The position numbers and the translations under genes were made by a program. Source: Spirochaetia bacterium (GTDB lineage Bacteria > Spirochaetota > Spirochaetia > SZUA-6 > Bin103). From it: 64,000 nt of DNA. Position 1 is the stretch's first letter; every line of letters starts with the position of its first letter. The notes under the pieces are model-generated. The model worked only from the letters and a program-made list of their open reading frames with translations. It had not been told where the DNA came from and ran no database searches. Where the stretch lies: NCBI GenBank assembly GCA_965203905.1, contig CBDBDQ010000005.1, forward strand, positions 1,952,001 through 2,016,000. Direction: 5' to 3'. This document shows, in pieces, positions 38,747 to 47,892 of this stretch.

Positions 38747-38775
38747 TTGACATCGTAACTACTGGCCGGTATCCT
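38747..38775 (+). promoter_or_regulatory. sigma70 promoter of brnTA
   Basis: TTGACA-17 bp-TATCCT, ending 7 nt before the GTG. Confidence 0.7.
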
Positions 38776-38782
38776 CCATCGG

Positions 38783-39070
38783 GTGCACTTCGAATGGGAT
38801 CAGCGCAAGAATCGCACAAACCAGCGCAAGCACGGAGTCTCATTCGAGGAGGCCTCGGAGGTGTTCGGAGATCCGCTGCATCTGAGCTGGCTGGACGAAC
38901 GGTTCTCAGCCTTCGAGGAACGTTGGGTGACGATCGGGCAGACCGGGAACGGCCTGACGCTTACCGTCGCCAACCTGTTCTTCGACACGAATGGCGAAGG
39001 AATCGTGCGACTGATCTCCGCACGCAGAGCGACACCTCGGGAGCAACGACAATATGAAGAATCGATCTGA
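38783..39070 (+). CDS. BrnT family toxin
   Basis: FEWD..KN..N..KHGVSFEEA...EERW..IG...RLISARRA. Confidence 0.93.
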   Translation: MHFEWDQRKNRTNQRKHGVSFEEASEVFGDPLHLSWLDERFSAFEERWVTIGQTGNGLTLTVANLFFDTNGEGIVRLISARRATPREQRQYEESI

Positions 39071-39281
39071 CTGGGATGACTACGAACTTCCGGAGGAGTA
39101 CGACTTTTCCGGCAAACAGGCGGTACGCGGACGTTTCTACGCGCCGAAGAAGAAATCGGTGACGATCCGTCTGGACGATGATGTGGTGCTCTATTTCAGA
39201 AAACTCGCCGGGATCAAGAAGGTGGGCTACCAGTCACTGATCAACGCCGCACTGCGGGAACGGATGAACCACGGCCGATAA
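39054..39281 (+). CDS. BrnA family antitoxin
   Basis: EYDFS...VTIRLDDDV..YF......YQSLIN.LR; overlaps brnT. Confidence 0.92.
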   Translation: MKNRSDWDDYELPEEYDFSGKQAVRGRFYAPKKKSVTIRLDDDVVLYFRKLAGIKKVGYQSLINAALRERMNHGR

Positions 39282-39287
39282 CGCCGA

Positions 39288-39812
39288 CTACGTTACGTGG
39301 AAGGTGGTGGCGTATTGGACCAGCCCGAGCTTGCGGGCGACCGCCACGGACGCCGCGTTGTCCCACGATTTCACGCAGGCGAAGAACGGCTGGCACTCGC
39401 CGACGGCGTCCAGCCAGTCGCCGAACCGGGGCTGGAGCACCGACGCGCTACCCTCTGTCACGGCTACCACGCAAACGCTCTCCGGCAGATCCGGTGCGAA
39501 CCGATACGCCGGACCGTGCCACACCGACTCCACCGGGCGGTGTTCGCCGAGAACGGCGAGGAAGGGCGCCGGGTTCCACTGCTCCGGGTCCAACGAGGCT
39601 GATGCCCGCGCACAGAGGCGCTGCAGCGCGTCGGCGACGTCTCGCGGCACATCGTGGCGAAAACGCCACACGTTGCCCGCATCGGTGCGACCGAGGAACA
39701 GCCGCGGCGCCGGCCGCCCCACGGGTTCATTCGTGACCGTCATCCGCCCTTCGCCGTCCTGTGCGAAGAGCGTCGCGAGGTGCAGGCGCAGCAGCTCCCG
39801 GTGGTCGCGCAT
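39288..39812 (-). pseudogene. GNAT acetyltransferase-like protein with apparent internal deletion
   Basis: Ends SWDNAAS..VARKLG (motif B) but lacks the acetyl-CoA-binding R/QxxGxG/A motif. Confidence 0.55.
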
Positions 39813-39825
39813 CGACCGGTCCGAT

Positions 39826-41925
39826 CTACAACTCGTACAGACCCTGGAACAGCTCTGCCAGTGCGGGGTCCCGGCCGCGGATGAAGACGGGGATGCGCTG
39901 GAGTGGGGCGGGTGCGGTGATGGTGACGCCGCCCTCGTGCACGTCTTCGCCGCTCCAGGCGTCGCTCCACTCCGCGCCCGCCGGCAGGTAGACGCGGCGC
40001 TCCCGCGCCCGGTAGTCGAGGATCGGCGCCACCAGCAGGTCGGGCCCGAACAGGAACTGGTCCTCCACCTCGGCGGCGCGTTCGTCGTCCTGGAAGTCGA
40101 AGAACAGCGGACGCATCGGCGGGATGCCGCGCTCGGCGGCGACCTGCATCTGGGCCAGCACGTAGGGGCGCAGCCGTTCGCGCAGCATGATGGCGGCGCG
40201 GATATGGGGGTAGGTGTCGCCGCCGATGGTCCACGGTTCGTTGTTGTCGCGGTAGCCGTGGGTGCGGAAGATCGGCGTGAACACCCCGTACTGGTACCAG
40301 CGCACCAACAGCTCGCGGAACTCGTCGTCCTGCACCTGCGGCGTGACGAAGCCGCCGATCTCCGCCGCACCCCAGGGAATCCCCGCCATGGCCAGGTTCA
40401 GCCCCGCCATCAGGTATTCGCGCAGATGGGCGAACGACGAGGCGATGTCGTGCGCCGCCGGTGAGGCGCCGTAGCGCTGCGAGCCGGCCCAGGAGCTGCG
40501 GCAGATGGTCACCACCTCCGGCTCGCCGGCCGCGCGCAGGCCGTCGTACACGTTCTTCTGATGCGCCACCGGGTAGAAGCAGTTGGCCTCGATCCCCGGT
40601 CCGGCGTGGTAGCGCACCTTGTCGTAGTCCGCGATCAGGCTGAGGTCGTCGCACGGGTCGAGCCAGAACGTCTTGATGCCCAGATCCACGTAGTTGCGTT
40701 TCCAGCGCTGCCACAGAAATGGTCCGGCGTCCGGGTGGGTGGGATCGTACTGCAGCGTGCGCCCGCGCGGCCGGTCGGCGGGATGGCGCGGCTGCGTCCC
40801 CGGCGGGTCGCCCGGCCACCACGCCTCGGTGCCGCCAGGCCCCTTCACGTAGAGGCCGCGACGGTGGAGCTCGGCGAAGTTCTCGCTGCTCTCCTCCACC
40901 ATCACCCACGGCGAGATCATGATGCGCGCGCCCAGTTCGTCCATCTCGCGCACCATGGCCACGGGGTCGGGCCAGAACTCCGGGTCGAGCTGCCAGTCGC
41001 CCCAATGGCGCCAGTGGCGGAAGTCGATCACCAGCACCGACAGTGGCAGTCCGAGGCGCTTGAACTCGTGCGCTGCGGCCAGGAACTCTTCCTGGGTCCG
41101 GTAGCGCAGCTTGCACATCCAGAAGCCGGCCGCCCACTCGGGCAGCACCGGCGCGTGCCCGGTGACGCCGGCGTAGTTGCCCATGATGTCGGCGTAGCTG
41201 TCGCCGGCGGTGAGGTAGTAGTCGAGCTGGCGGCAGCCGCGCGACACCCAGCGGGTCATGTTGCCGCCGAATTCGACCCGACCCAGCGACGGGTTGTTCC
41301 ACAGCAGGCCGTAGCCTTCGCTGGAGACCACGAACGGCACCACGTGCTTGCAGTGGCGCTGGTACAGGTCGATCACGCAGCCCTTGAGGTCGAGGCCGCC
41401 GGTGGCGTTGAGCCCCATGCCGTAGAGCCGCTCGCCCGGCCGCGCGGCGAAGTGGTGTTCGGCGTAGTGCAGCCCCTCCTCGCCCTCCGCGGTGCGCGGC
41501 TGGAAGATGCGGGTGCCCGGGTCGTGGCAGCCGACCACGTAGTCGTGCTCCGCCAGAATCGGCACCGGCTCGGCTTCGGCTCCGCCGTCGGTGCCGGGAT
41601 GGCGGAAGAACTCCAGGCTGGCGACCGCGCGCCCGGGAGCCCGGTCGGCGAGCCGCGCCGAGATGCGGCCGTTGCGCACGGTCGCCGCGGCGTCGTCGAT
41701 GGTGACCTCGGCCGCGCCGTCGTCGGCGACCGGCTCGGTAAGCGCCCAGGCGGTGTCGAGGATGCGCGGTCCCACCGTCACCCGGACGCGCAGGCCGTCG
41801 GGTCCCCACGGCACGACGGACAGGAGCTCGACCTGCGGCTCGGCGAAGTTGCTGGCGTTCCACGGCTCGCGGGTGTGGAGCAGGCCCCCGCCCGCGCGCT
41901 TGACCCGTTGTCTTAGCGGCGTCAT
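39826..41925 (-). CDS. Glycoside hydrolase family 31 (alpha-xylosidase/glucosidase-like)
   Basis: LYGMG, GLLWNNP, KLRY..QEE, FWLD, EIGGF, RWYQYG..PIFRTHG, DQFLFGPDLLVAP. Confidence 0.92.
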   Translation of the reverse strand: MTPLRQRVKRAGGGLLHTREPWNASNFAEPQVELLSVVPWGPDGLRVRVTVGPRILDTAWALTEPVADDGAAEVTIDDAAATVRNGRISARLADRAPGRAVASLEFFRHPGTDGGAEAEPVPILAEHDYVVGCHDPGTRIFQPRTAEGEEGLHYAEHHFAARPGERLYGMGLNATGGLDLKGCVIDLYQRHCKHVVPFVVSSEGYGLLWNNPSLGRVEFGGNMTRWVSRGCRQLDYYLTAGDSYADIMGNYAGVTGHAPVLPEWAAGFWMCKLRYRTQEEFLAAAHEFKRLGLPLSVLVIDFRHWRHWGDWQLDPEFWPDPVAMVREMDELGARIMISPWVMVEESSENFAELHRRGLYVKGPGGTEAWWPGDPPGTQPRHPADRPRGRTLQYDPTHPDAGPFLWQRWKRNYVDLGIKTFWLDPCDDLSLIADYDKVRYHAGPGIEANCFYPVAHQKNVYDGLRAAGEPEVVTICRSSWAGSQRYGASPAAHDIASSFAHLREYLMAGLNLAMAGIPWGAAEIGGFVTPQVQDDEFRELLVRWYQYGVFTPIFRTHGYRDNNEPWTIGGDTYPHIRAAIMLRERLRPYVLAQMQVAAERGIPPMRPLFFDFQDDERAAEVEDQFLFGPDLLVAPILDYRARERRVYLPAGAEWSDAWSGEDVHEGGVTITAPAPLQRIPVFIRGRDPALAELFQGLYEL

Positions 41926-42044
41926 GCCGCACGACTATCGGCACGCGCCGGTGGCGTGTCAACGACGCACCGGGGTACGCTGGGGTACGCTGCCGGCTTG
42001 GGAGGATGGCATCCACACCGGATGGAGGTCGCAGAACGCATACG

Positions 42045-42127
42045 ATGAGTCACCACGGTCCGTGACACGGAAGACCACGAAAACGAGGCATGGGGCAGTG
42101 CACGGTGGCCGCCGTTTTCGGGACAGG
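42045..42127 (+). repeat. ~85-bp palindromic element, copy B
   Basis: Aligns with the reverse complement of 14420-14506 apart from a 4-nt gap and scattered substitutions; CGAAAACG...CGTTTTCG arms. Confidence 0.85.
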
Positions 42128-43183
42128 CCGATCGAGGTCATCGCCGAGGTTACCGTAGCCGCCGGCCCCAGTGCGGCGCACCGGGCGTGGCCGTCGCTGG
42201 AGCGCACGGCCGAAGGCCACCTGGTGGTTGCCTACAAGGCCGGCCCCGACCACCACCAGACCGACGACGGGGTGCTGTGGGTGGCTCGCTCGGAGGACGG
42301 CGGGCTGACGTGGCCGTTCCGGCGGCCGGTGGTCGCGGATCCGGGATGGGACGTGTTCACCCATCACGGCCTGACGCGCCTGCGCGACGGCAGCCTGCTG
42401 CTACACCGCGTGCGCGGCCGGCACCTGGGCGCGGACGAAGCCGGCGCCGCGGGTGCGGGTGCTTTCTTCGCGCGCGGCGCCTTCCTCCGTTCGCAGGACG
42501 GCGGCCGCACCTGGCTGCCGCACGGTGCGGACCTCCAGATGCCGTTCGTCAGCGCCACCGGCCGGGGCTTCTGCTACGGGAAGGTACAGGAGCTGACCGG
42601 CGGCCGGCTCATCGTACCGTTCTACGGCATGCCTGCCGAGAGCACCGACGAGCGGCAACGGGTGCTGGCCATCGTCCGCTCGGACGACGGGGGCCGCTCC
42701 TGGCGTGAGCACGCGTTCATATCGGCGAATCCGTCGTCGCCCCTGCGGCCGAGCGAGACCGACCTGCTGCGGCTGGGGGACGGCCGGCTGCTGGCCGTGG
42801 CGCGCGCCAACGGCAGGCGGTGGCTGTACCGCTCCTGGTCCGCGGACGACGGTCTCACGTGGAGCGAACTGGAGCCCACCGCGATGCCGGGGCAGTCGCC
42901 GGCGCTGCTGGCGCTGGAGTCCGGCGCCATCCTGTGCGCCTACCGCGAACGAACCGAGGCCGGGTTCGGGCTGGGCTGTGCCGTGAGCGGCGACGACGGT
43001 GCGACCTGGCAGATCCTGGACAGCCTGTACGCTGCCGGCAGCGCCGACTGCGCCTACCCGTCGCTGGTGAAGCTCCCCGGCGGCAAGCTCTATTGCGCAT
43101 TCTACACCAGCCCGCAACAGACGGCGGACGGCCCGAACACCGAGATCCGCGGACTCGTCATCGCCGACCGCACGGCGGCGTAG
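42062..43183 (+). CDS. Sialidase-like / BNR (Asp-box) beta-propeller protein
   Basis: Five Asp boxes (SEDGGLTW, SQDGGRTW, SDDGGRSW, SADDGLTW, SGDDGATW) and AYPSL. Start uncertain, within the repeat. Confidence 0.85.
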   Translation: MTRKTTKTRHGAVHGGRRFRDRPIEVIAEVTVAAGPSAAHRAWPSLERTAEGHLVVAYKAGPDHHQTDDGVLWVARSEDGGLTWPFRRPVVADPGWDVFTHHGLTRLRDGSLLLHRVRGRHLGADEAGAAGAGAFFARGAFLRSQDGGRTWLPHGADLQMPFVSATGRGFCYGKVQELTGGRLIVPFYGMPAESTDERQRVLAIVRSDDGGRSWREHAFISANPSSPLRPSETDLLRLGDGRLLAVARANGRRWLYRSWSADDGLTWSELEPTAMPGQSPALLALESGAILCAYRERTEAGFGLGCAVSGDDGATWQILDSLYAAGSADCAYPSLVKLPGGKLYCAFYTSPQQTADGPNTEIRGLVIADRTAA

Positions 43184-43256
43184 TCGCGATGTGACTCCAC
43201 CTGGTCCGTTGATCCTGAGGGTCAAATCTTCAATACTGTCAAAGGACGGAGACACG

Positions 43257-44471
43257 ATGATTACTGAACTCTCAATCGAGGGCTTCAAGAGCTTTGGTTC
43301 GCCGGCGGAGACCATCGAGTTGGATCCGCTCAACTTCGTCGTTGGAGCCAACGCATCAGGCAAGAGCAACTTGCTCTACGCGTTGAGGTTTCTGCAAAAC
43401 GCCGTCACTCATGACGTCTCGTATGCTGTCAGTGAGATGGGCGGGAGTGCGGAGGTTCGAAACAAGCGCCTGCGTCAGCGTCATCAGGCACAACCAATTC
43501 GCCTGTCTCTGAAGATAGAAAAGGACTTCAAGTTCACCTTCAGCGAAAACTCGGAACAACAACAGAATCACGGCTATGTTGTGAGGTCCCTTGAGTACAG
43601 TTTAGTGCTCGACTTGAGGAGTGAGGAAACGACTCCGAGAATCGAGATTGAGTCGCTAAGCGCCCAGGTTGAACGCGACGGAGAGTTGACCAAAGAGGGT
43701 TTGAAAAGAAACGAAGACACGGTTGTGGTCACGAATCATAGAAACAAAGAAGGGTCACAGACAATCTCAGTGCCGGAACAGGAACCGACTCGACTTGCGT
43801 TGGTGGGTGTTGGCTTTTTCTCCTTTCCGGCGACAATTCTTAGAGAGGAAATAAGAGGATGGAGGTTCCACCATTTCGTCCCGAGCGTCGCTCGACAACC
43901 ATACCGGGACGAGCCCGACGCCAGTCTCGGCCCGGCAGGCGAGAAGCTCGCGACTATTCTGCACAGGATGAGCGCGGATGAGCGAGCTTCGATTGCCCAC
44001 GGACTGAGAGCAGTAGTGCCTGGGCTCAAGGACGTCAAGACGACAAAGCTGCCGATCGAAGACACGCTGGCGTTTCAGATAGTCGAAGACAAACTGAAGG
44101 CTGCTATCAATCCTGCCTCGGTCTCCGACGGTACGGTCAGGTTGCTTTCCTTGATGGTTGTCACAACTTGGAGCGTGAGAAATTCATCTCTGATCACGAT
44201 TGAGGAGCCGGAAAATGGAGTGCATCCTCACTTGGCAGAGTATCTCGTGGACATCCTAAAATCCGCATCTGAGCATAGTCAGGTTGTCGTTACCACACAC
44301 GCCCCGGATTTGCTTGATCACCTAGAGCCGAATGAGGTGATTCTGTGCGACAAAGAGGACGGATTCACCAAGCTCAGAAAGGCATCAAGCGTCTCAGAAA
44401 TCGAGCAGTTCCGTAAGCACTTTAGCCTCGGTGAGTTGTGGTCACAAGGGGCAGTCGGAGCCGTGCCGTGA
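43257..44471 (+). CDS. ABC/AAA_21-type ATPase
   Basis: IEGFKSF, GANASGKS, SDGT, IEEPENGVHP, TTH; lower GC. Confidence 0.9.
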   Translation: MITELSIEGFKSFGSPAETIELDPLNFVVGANASGKSNLLYALRFLQNAVTHDVSYAVSEMGGSAEVRNKRLRQRHQAQPIRLSLKIEKDFKFTFSENSEQQQNHGYVVRSLEYSLVLDLRSEETTPRIEIESLSAQVERDGELTKEGLKRNEDTVVVTNHRNKEGSQTISVPEQEPTRLALVGVGFFSFPATILREEIRGWRFHHFVPSVARQPYRDEPDASLGPAGEKLATILHRMSADERASIAHGLRAVVPGLKDVKTTKLPIEDTLAFQIVEDKLKAAINPASVSDGTVRLLSLMVVTTWSVRNSSLITIEEPENGVHPHLAEYLVDILKSASEHSQVVVTTHAPDLLDHLEPNEVILCDKEDGFTKLRKASSVSEIEQFRKHFSLGELWSQGAVGAVP

Positions 44472-45055
44472 CCATCGGTGTGGGAGTAGAGGGAGCCTCC
44501 GAGCGCACATTCTGGACGAAGGTATTGCCCAAGAACTTTACCGGTGTGCGCTTCGATGTTCGCAACCTGAAGAGCAAGGAGAGTCTCATACGTGCGACGC
44601 CTCGGTTGCTGGACGCTTTTCGTAGCCTGCACTATACAGCAGGTTTCATCTTGCTGGACCGCCATCGAGATCCTTGCACCACGGCAGTGCTTCGCCACTT
44701 TGACGACTTGATTCAAGTGGAGGCTCGAAAGCCGGAGGATGCACGCTACTTGTTCATTTGCGTGGCGGTCAAGGGGCTCGAGGCGTGGTACCTCGCAGAC
44801 CCTTCGGCTATCAATACGTTGCTACCGAGAGCCGGCTACGTAGCGCCGAACGAGACTGCGATGTTGAACCCTAAGGAAAAACTGAAGGCGCTATGGAAGA
44901 AGCAATTCGGAAAGAACTCTGCGCCCAACAAAATCGGCTTTGCACAGATGATGGCGCCGCGGTTTGATCCGGAGGAGGGCACAAAGCGATCGGCGTCATT
45001 CGATTACTTCTGGAGTCGTATGGCCGCCGCTTCAAAAGCCTCAAGCGGGCCATAG
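44468..45055 (+). CDS. DUF4276-like (TOPRIM-like) protein
   Basis: VEG.SE, LLD, LEAWYLAD, PK..L, SASF.YF; GTGA overlap with the ATPase. Confidence 0.75.
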   Translation: MTIGVGVEGASERTFWTKVLPKNFTGVRFDVRNLKSKESLIRATPRLLDAFRSLHYTAGFILLDRHRDPCTTAVLRHFDDLIQVEARKPEDARYLFICVAVKGLEAWYLADPSAINTLLPRAGYVAPNETAMLNPKEKLKALWKKQFGKNSAPNKIGFAQMMAPRFDPEEGTKRSASFDYFWSRMAAASKASSGP

Positions 45056-45238
45056 TTGCGCGCACAGCCAGGCGCCGGTCGGCTACGGCGCCGAGCACAA
45101 TTCGCTCCTCTGCCTCCGTCCAGGTGCCGCGGGACTCGCTCAGGGCTGTGCCGACGGTTGGTCGCTGCCCGTCGACACCGCGCAGGCCGGATCCGCGGGC
45201 TCGTCATGGCCGACCGCACGGCGACGTAGTCGGGTTCT

Positions 45239-46252
45239 TCAACTCGCCTGCGGGCAGGGATCTGCATCTACGGGGTAGGTGCGATAGCTTACGCTCGACC
45301 GGAAGTTGCTCAGGAGGTCGGCGGCAAGTTCCGTTGCCCGGTTACGGAGTCTCACGGCAGCAGTGCGCAGGGTGTGCGCCGCCGATGCTCTGCCGTCCAC
45401 CCTTCCGAAGGAGGAGGTGCCGACCGCGCCGTGGGTCAGGACAGCGTCCGTTTCCGCGGCGCCGGCCAGGGTGATGGCCCCGCCGTTGAGGGACAGGGCG
45501 TTGGCGGGGATGTCGTACCCGTCGCCGTCCCGGTCTTCCGGTCGCACGGTGTAGCAGAAGCCGATGGACCTCTCCGGGTCGGTTTCCCAGGGTGCGGCGG
45601 GAAGGAAGCTCGCCCGCCGCGTCTCGGTGCCGATGATCAGCACCAGTTGCGGTACACCGGTCACCCTCACGGCTCGGTCGAACGCCAATGTGACCACGAT
45701 GCGGTCGTCGCGACGGTAGGTTCGGCCACGCGAGGGGTGGTGGTGGATGATGTCGTAGATCCGGGGAGCGGTAACGCGGCTGCCGTCCACCTTACGCCCG
45801 GCGTCGGCAGGCACCGGGGCGCTGGCGATCTCCGTGAAGGTGGTTCCGGCGCGGTCCTTGACGGTCCCCTCGTTGAGCGACAGCGCGTTGGCGGGGACGC
45901 TGATCCCGTCGCCGTCACGGTCCTCCGCGCCGACCGTGTAGGCGAACCGCAGGTCGCGACCGTCGAAGGAGATGGAGTGGGCCTGCGCGAGCCGGATGTG
46001 ATCCCCGACGCTGAGCGCCAATTCCGCCCGGCCCTCGTACCACTCGATGGCTCGATCGAACCGCACGGTCACCTCGATCTTCTCGCTGAGTTCGTACGTG
46101 TCCCCTTGCGCCGGGCTGTCGGCGAAGGAGACAGCCTCGACCGTCGGCGCATCAGCAGTGGATTGGGCCTCCGCGCAGCCTGCCCCCAGTCCGGTCACGC
46201 CGATGAACACCGACAGCAATGCGTACCAGGGCCGGCCGCGACTTCGCTCCAT
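45239..46252 (-). CDS. Secreted lipoprotein with two tandem Ig-like repeats
   Basis: Lipobox-like GAGC; two ~110-aa repeats TY....I.VT..FDRA...F.YTV..EDRDGDG...PANALSLN. Confidence 0.7.
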   Translation of the reverse strand: MERSRGRPWYALLSVFIGVTGLGAGCAEAQSTADAPTVEAVSFADSPAQGDTYELSEKIEVTVRFDRAIEWYEGRAELALSVGDHIRLAQAHSISFDGRDLRFAYTVGAEDRDGDGISVPANALSLNEGTVKDRAGTTFTEIASAPVPADAGRKVDGSRVTAPRIYDIIHHHPSRGRTYRRDDRIVVTLAFDRAVRVTGVPQLVLIIGTETRRASFLPAAPWETDPERSIGFCYTVRPEDRDGDGYDIPANALSLNGGAITLAGAAETDAVLTHGAVGTSSFGRVDGRASAAHTLRTAAVRLRNRATELAADLLSNFRSSVSYRTYPVDADPCPQAS

Positions 46253-46299
46253 GGCGGACAGATTACCGCCCCCGGTTCACAAGTCAAACCTGCATGATC

Positions 46300-46590
46300 G
46301 GCGCGCCACTCCCCCCGACGACATGAAACGCGGACGACGTGTCGGCGCGGAGTCTCAAGCGTTTCGGAGGCGTGTCGTGGCATCCTCAAGGGGGCGGAAG
46401 CGAGCACCGTCGTCGTAGCTCTTTTCGGTGGCGGGAGACGACTCCCTTCCCCGTTGTCAAACTGGCGCTGCGCGCTGGGCATCGAGCCCCGAACCGTACC
46501 CGGCCTGTGGCCGTGGACGAGCAGCAAATCGAACCCCGCTTGGAAGGCGGGTGTTTCCTGCACCCGGCGCGCTCGCCCGCTTCCGCCGTC
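46300..46590 (+). ncRNA. Putative IS110 bridge RNA
   Basis: Two stem-closed loops containing matches to the target (TCAA; AGCTCTT) and donor (CAGCAAA; GTTT) junctions; boundaries approximate. Confidence 0.5.
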
Positions 46591-46605
46591 AAGGAGGGTA
46601 AGCTG

Positions 46606-47892
46606 ATGAGTTACACCACTGTCGACAGCGACAGCGACACCTTGTGCACCGATGACATGCACGTGGTGTGTGCCCGCGCTGCCGGCCTCGACGTGCACAA
46701 GATGCACGTCACCGCCACGGTGCGGCTGTGCGAGGCCGGTAGCGGACCGGCGCGCACGGCCACCCGGAGTTCAGCGCGCTGCCGGAGGGCCTGCGCGCGA
46801 TGACCGAGTGGCTGCGCGGACACGGCGTCGCCGCAGCGTCCATGGAAGGCACCGGGGTCTACTGGAAGGCGCCGTTGGAGGCGCTCGAAGACGCGGGCAT
46901 CCAGGCCGATCTGCACCATGCCCAGCAGGTCAAGCAGATCCGCGGGAAGAAGACGGATGTCAACGACAGCCTGTGGCTGGCGCGCATCTGCCAGTTTGGT
47001 CTGGCGTTGCCGAGCTACGTTCCGCCGCGTCTGTTCCGGCAGCTGCGGCAGTTGACCCGTTACCGCCGTAAACTGGTCGACGAGCGCTCACGGGCGCGCA
47101 ACCGGGTCCACAAGACCCTCGACCACGACGGCTTGCGGCTCGGCGGCGTGTTGTGCGACATCTTCGGCGTCAACGGGCGGCGCATCCTCGACGGGTTGGT
47201 TGCTGGGCACTCGCCGCGTTACATCCTGGCCAATCTGACGCACCACGTGGCCGCCAAGCTGGCGCCGTTGACCCAGGCACTGGCGGCCACGCTCGAGCCG
47301 CTCGCACTGTTTCTGCTGCAGACCCAGATGGAGGCCGTCGACCGCGCCGACAGTGCCCTGGTGGCGCTGGACGAGCGCATCCGCACCGTACTGGCCGATT
47401 ACCAGCGCGCCCTGCGGCTGCTGCAAACGATTCCAGGTATCGATTACGGCAGTGCCTGCACCATCCTGGCCGAGATCGGGCCGGACCTGGGGGCGTTCCG
47501 CAAAGCGTGTTCTATCGGCCCCTGGGCCGGCGTGGCCCCGGGCAACAACAGCAGCGCCGGCAAACGTCGCTCCGGGCGCGCGCGGAAAAGGCAATCCGAC
47601 GCTGCGCGCCACGCTGGCCGAGTGCGCCCATGGGGCGGTGCGGACCAAGAGTTCGCAGTTCTACGGCCATCACCGGATGTTGGCCGGGCGCGTCGGCTAC
47701 AAAAGGGCCATCCTCGCCAGTGCCCACAAGCTGTTGCGAGTAATCCACGCCGTGCTGCGCGACGATCGACCGTACATCGATCCGGACATCGACTACGAAA
47801 AGCTGGTCGTCGAGCGCAACGCGCCGCGCTGGATGCGCATGCTCGCACGGCACGGCTTCCTCGCCGAAGCGCAAGCAGCAGCGCGCGGCTAA
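46606..47892 (+). pseudogene. IS110 transposase/recombinase, two frameshifts (~46765, ~47587)
   Basis: AAGGAGG RBS; GLDVHK, MEGTGVYW, KTDVND, TIPGI, SSAGK and AHKLL split over three frames. Confidence 0.88.

Noticed and set aside
39813-40370. N-terminal extension of the 360-aa ORF
   Set aside because: It overlaps GH31 in another frame; the real gene starts at 39812.
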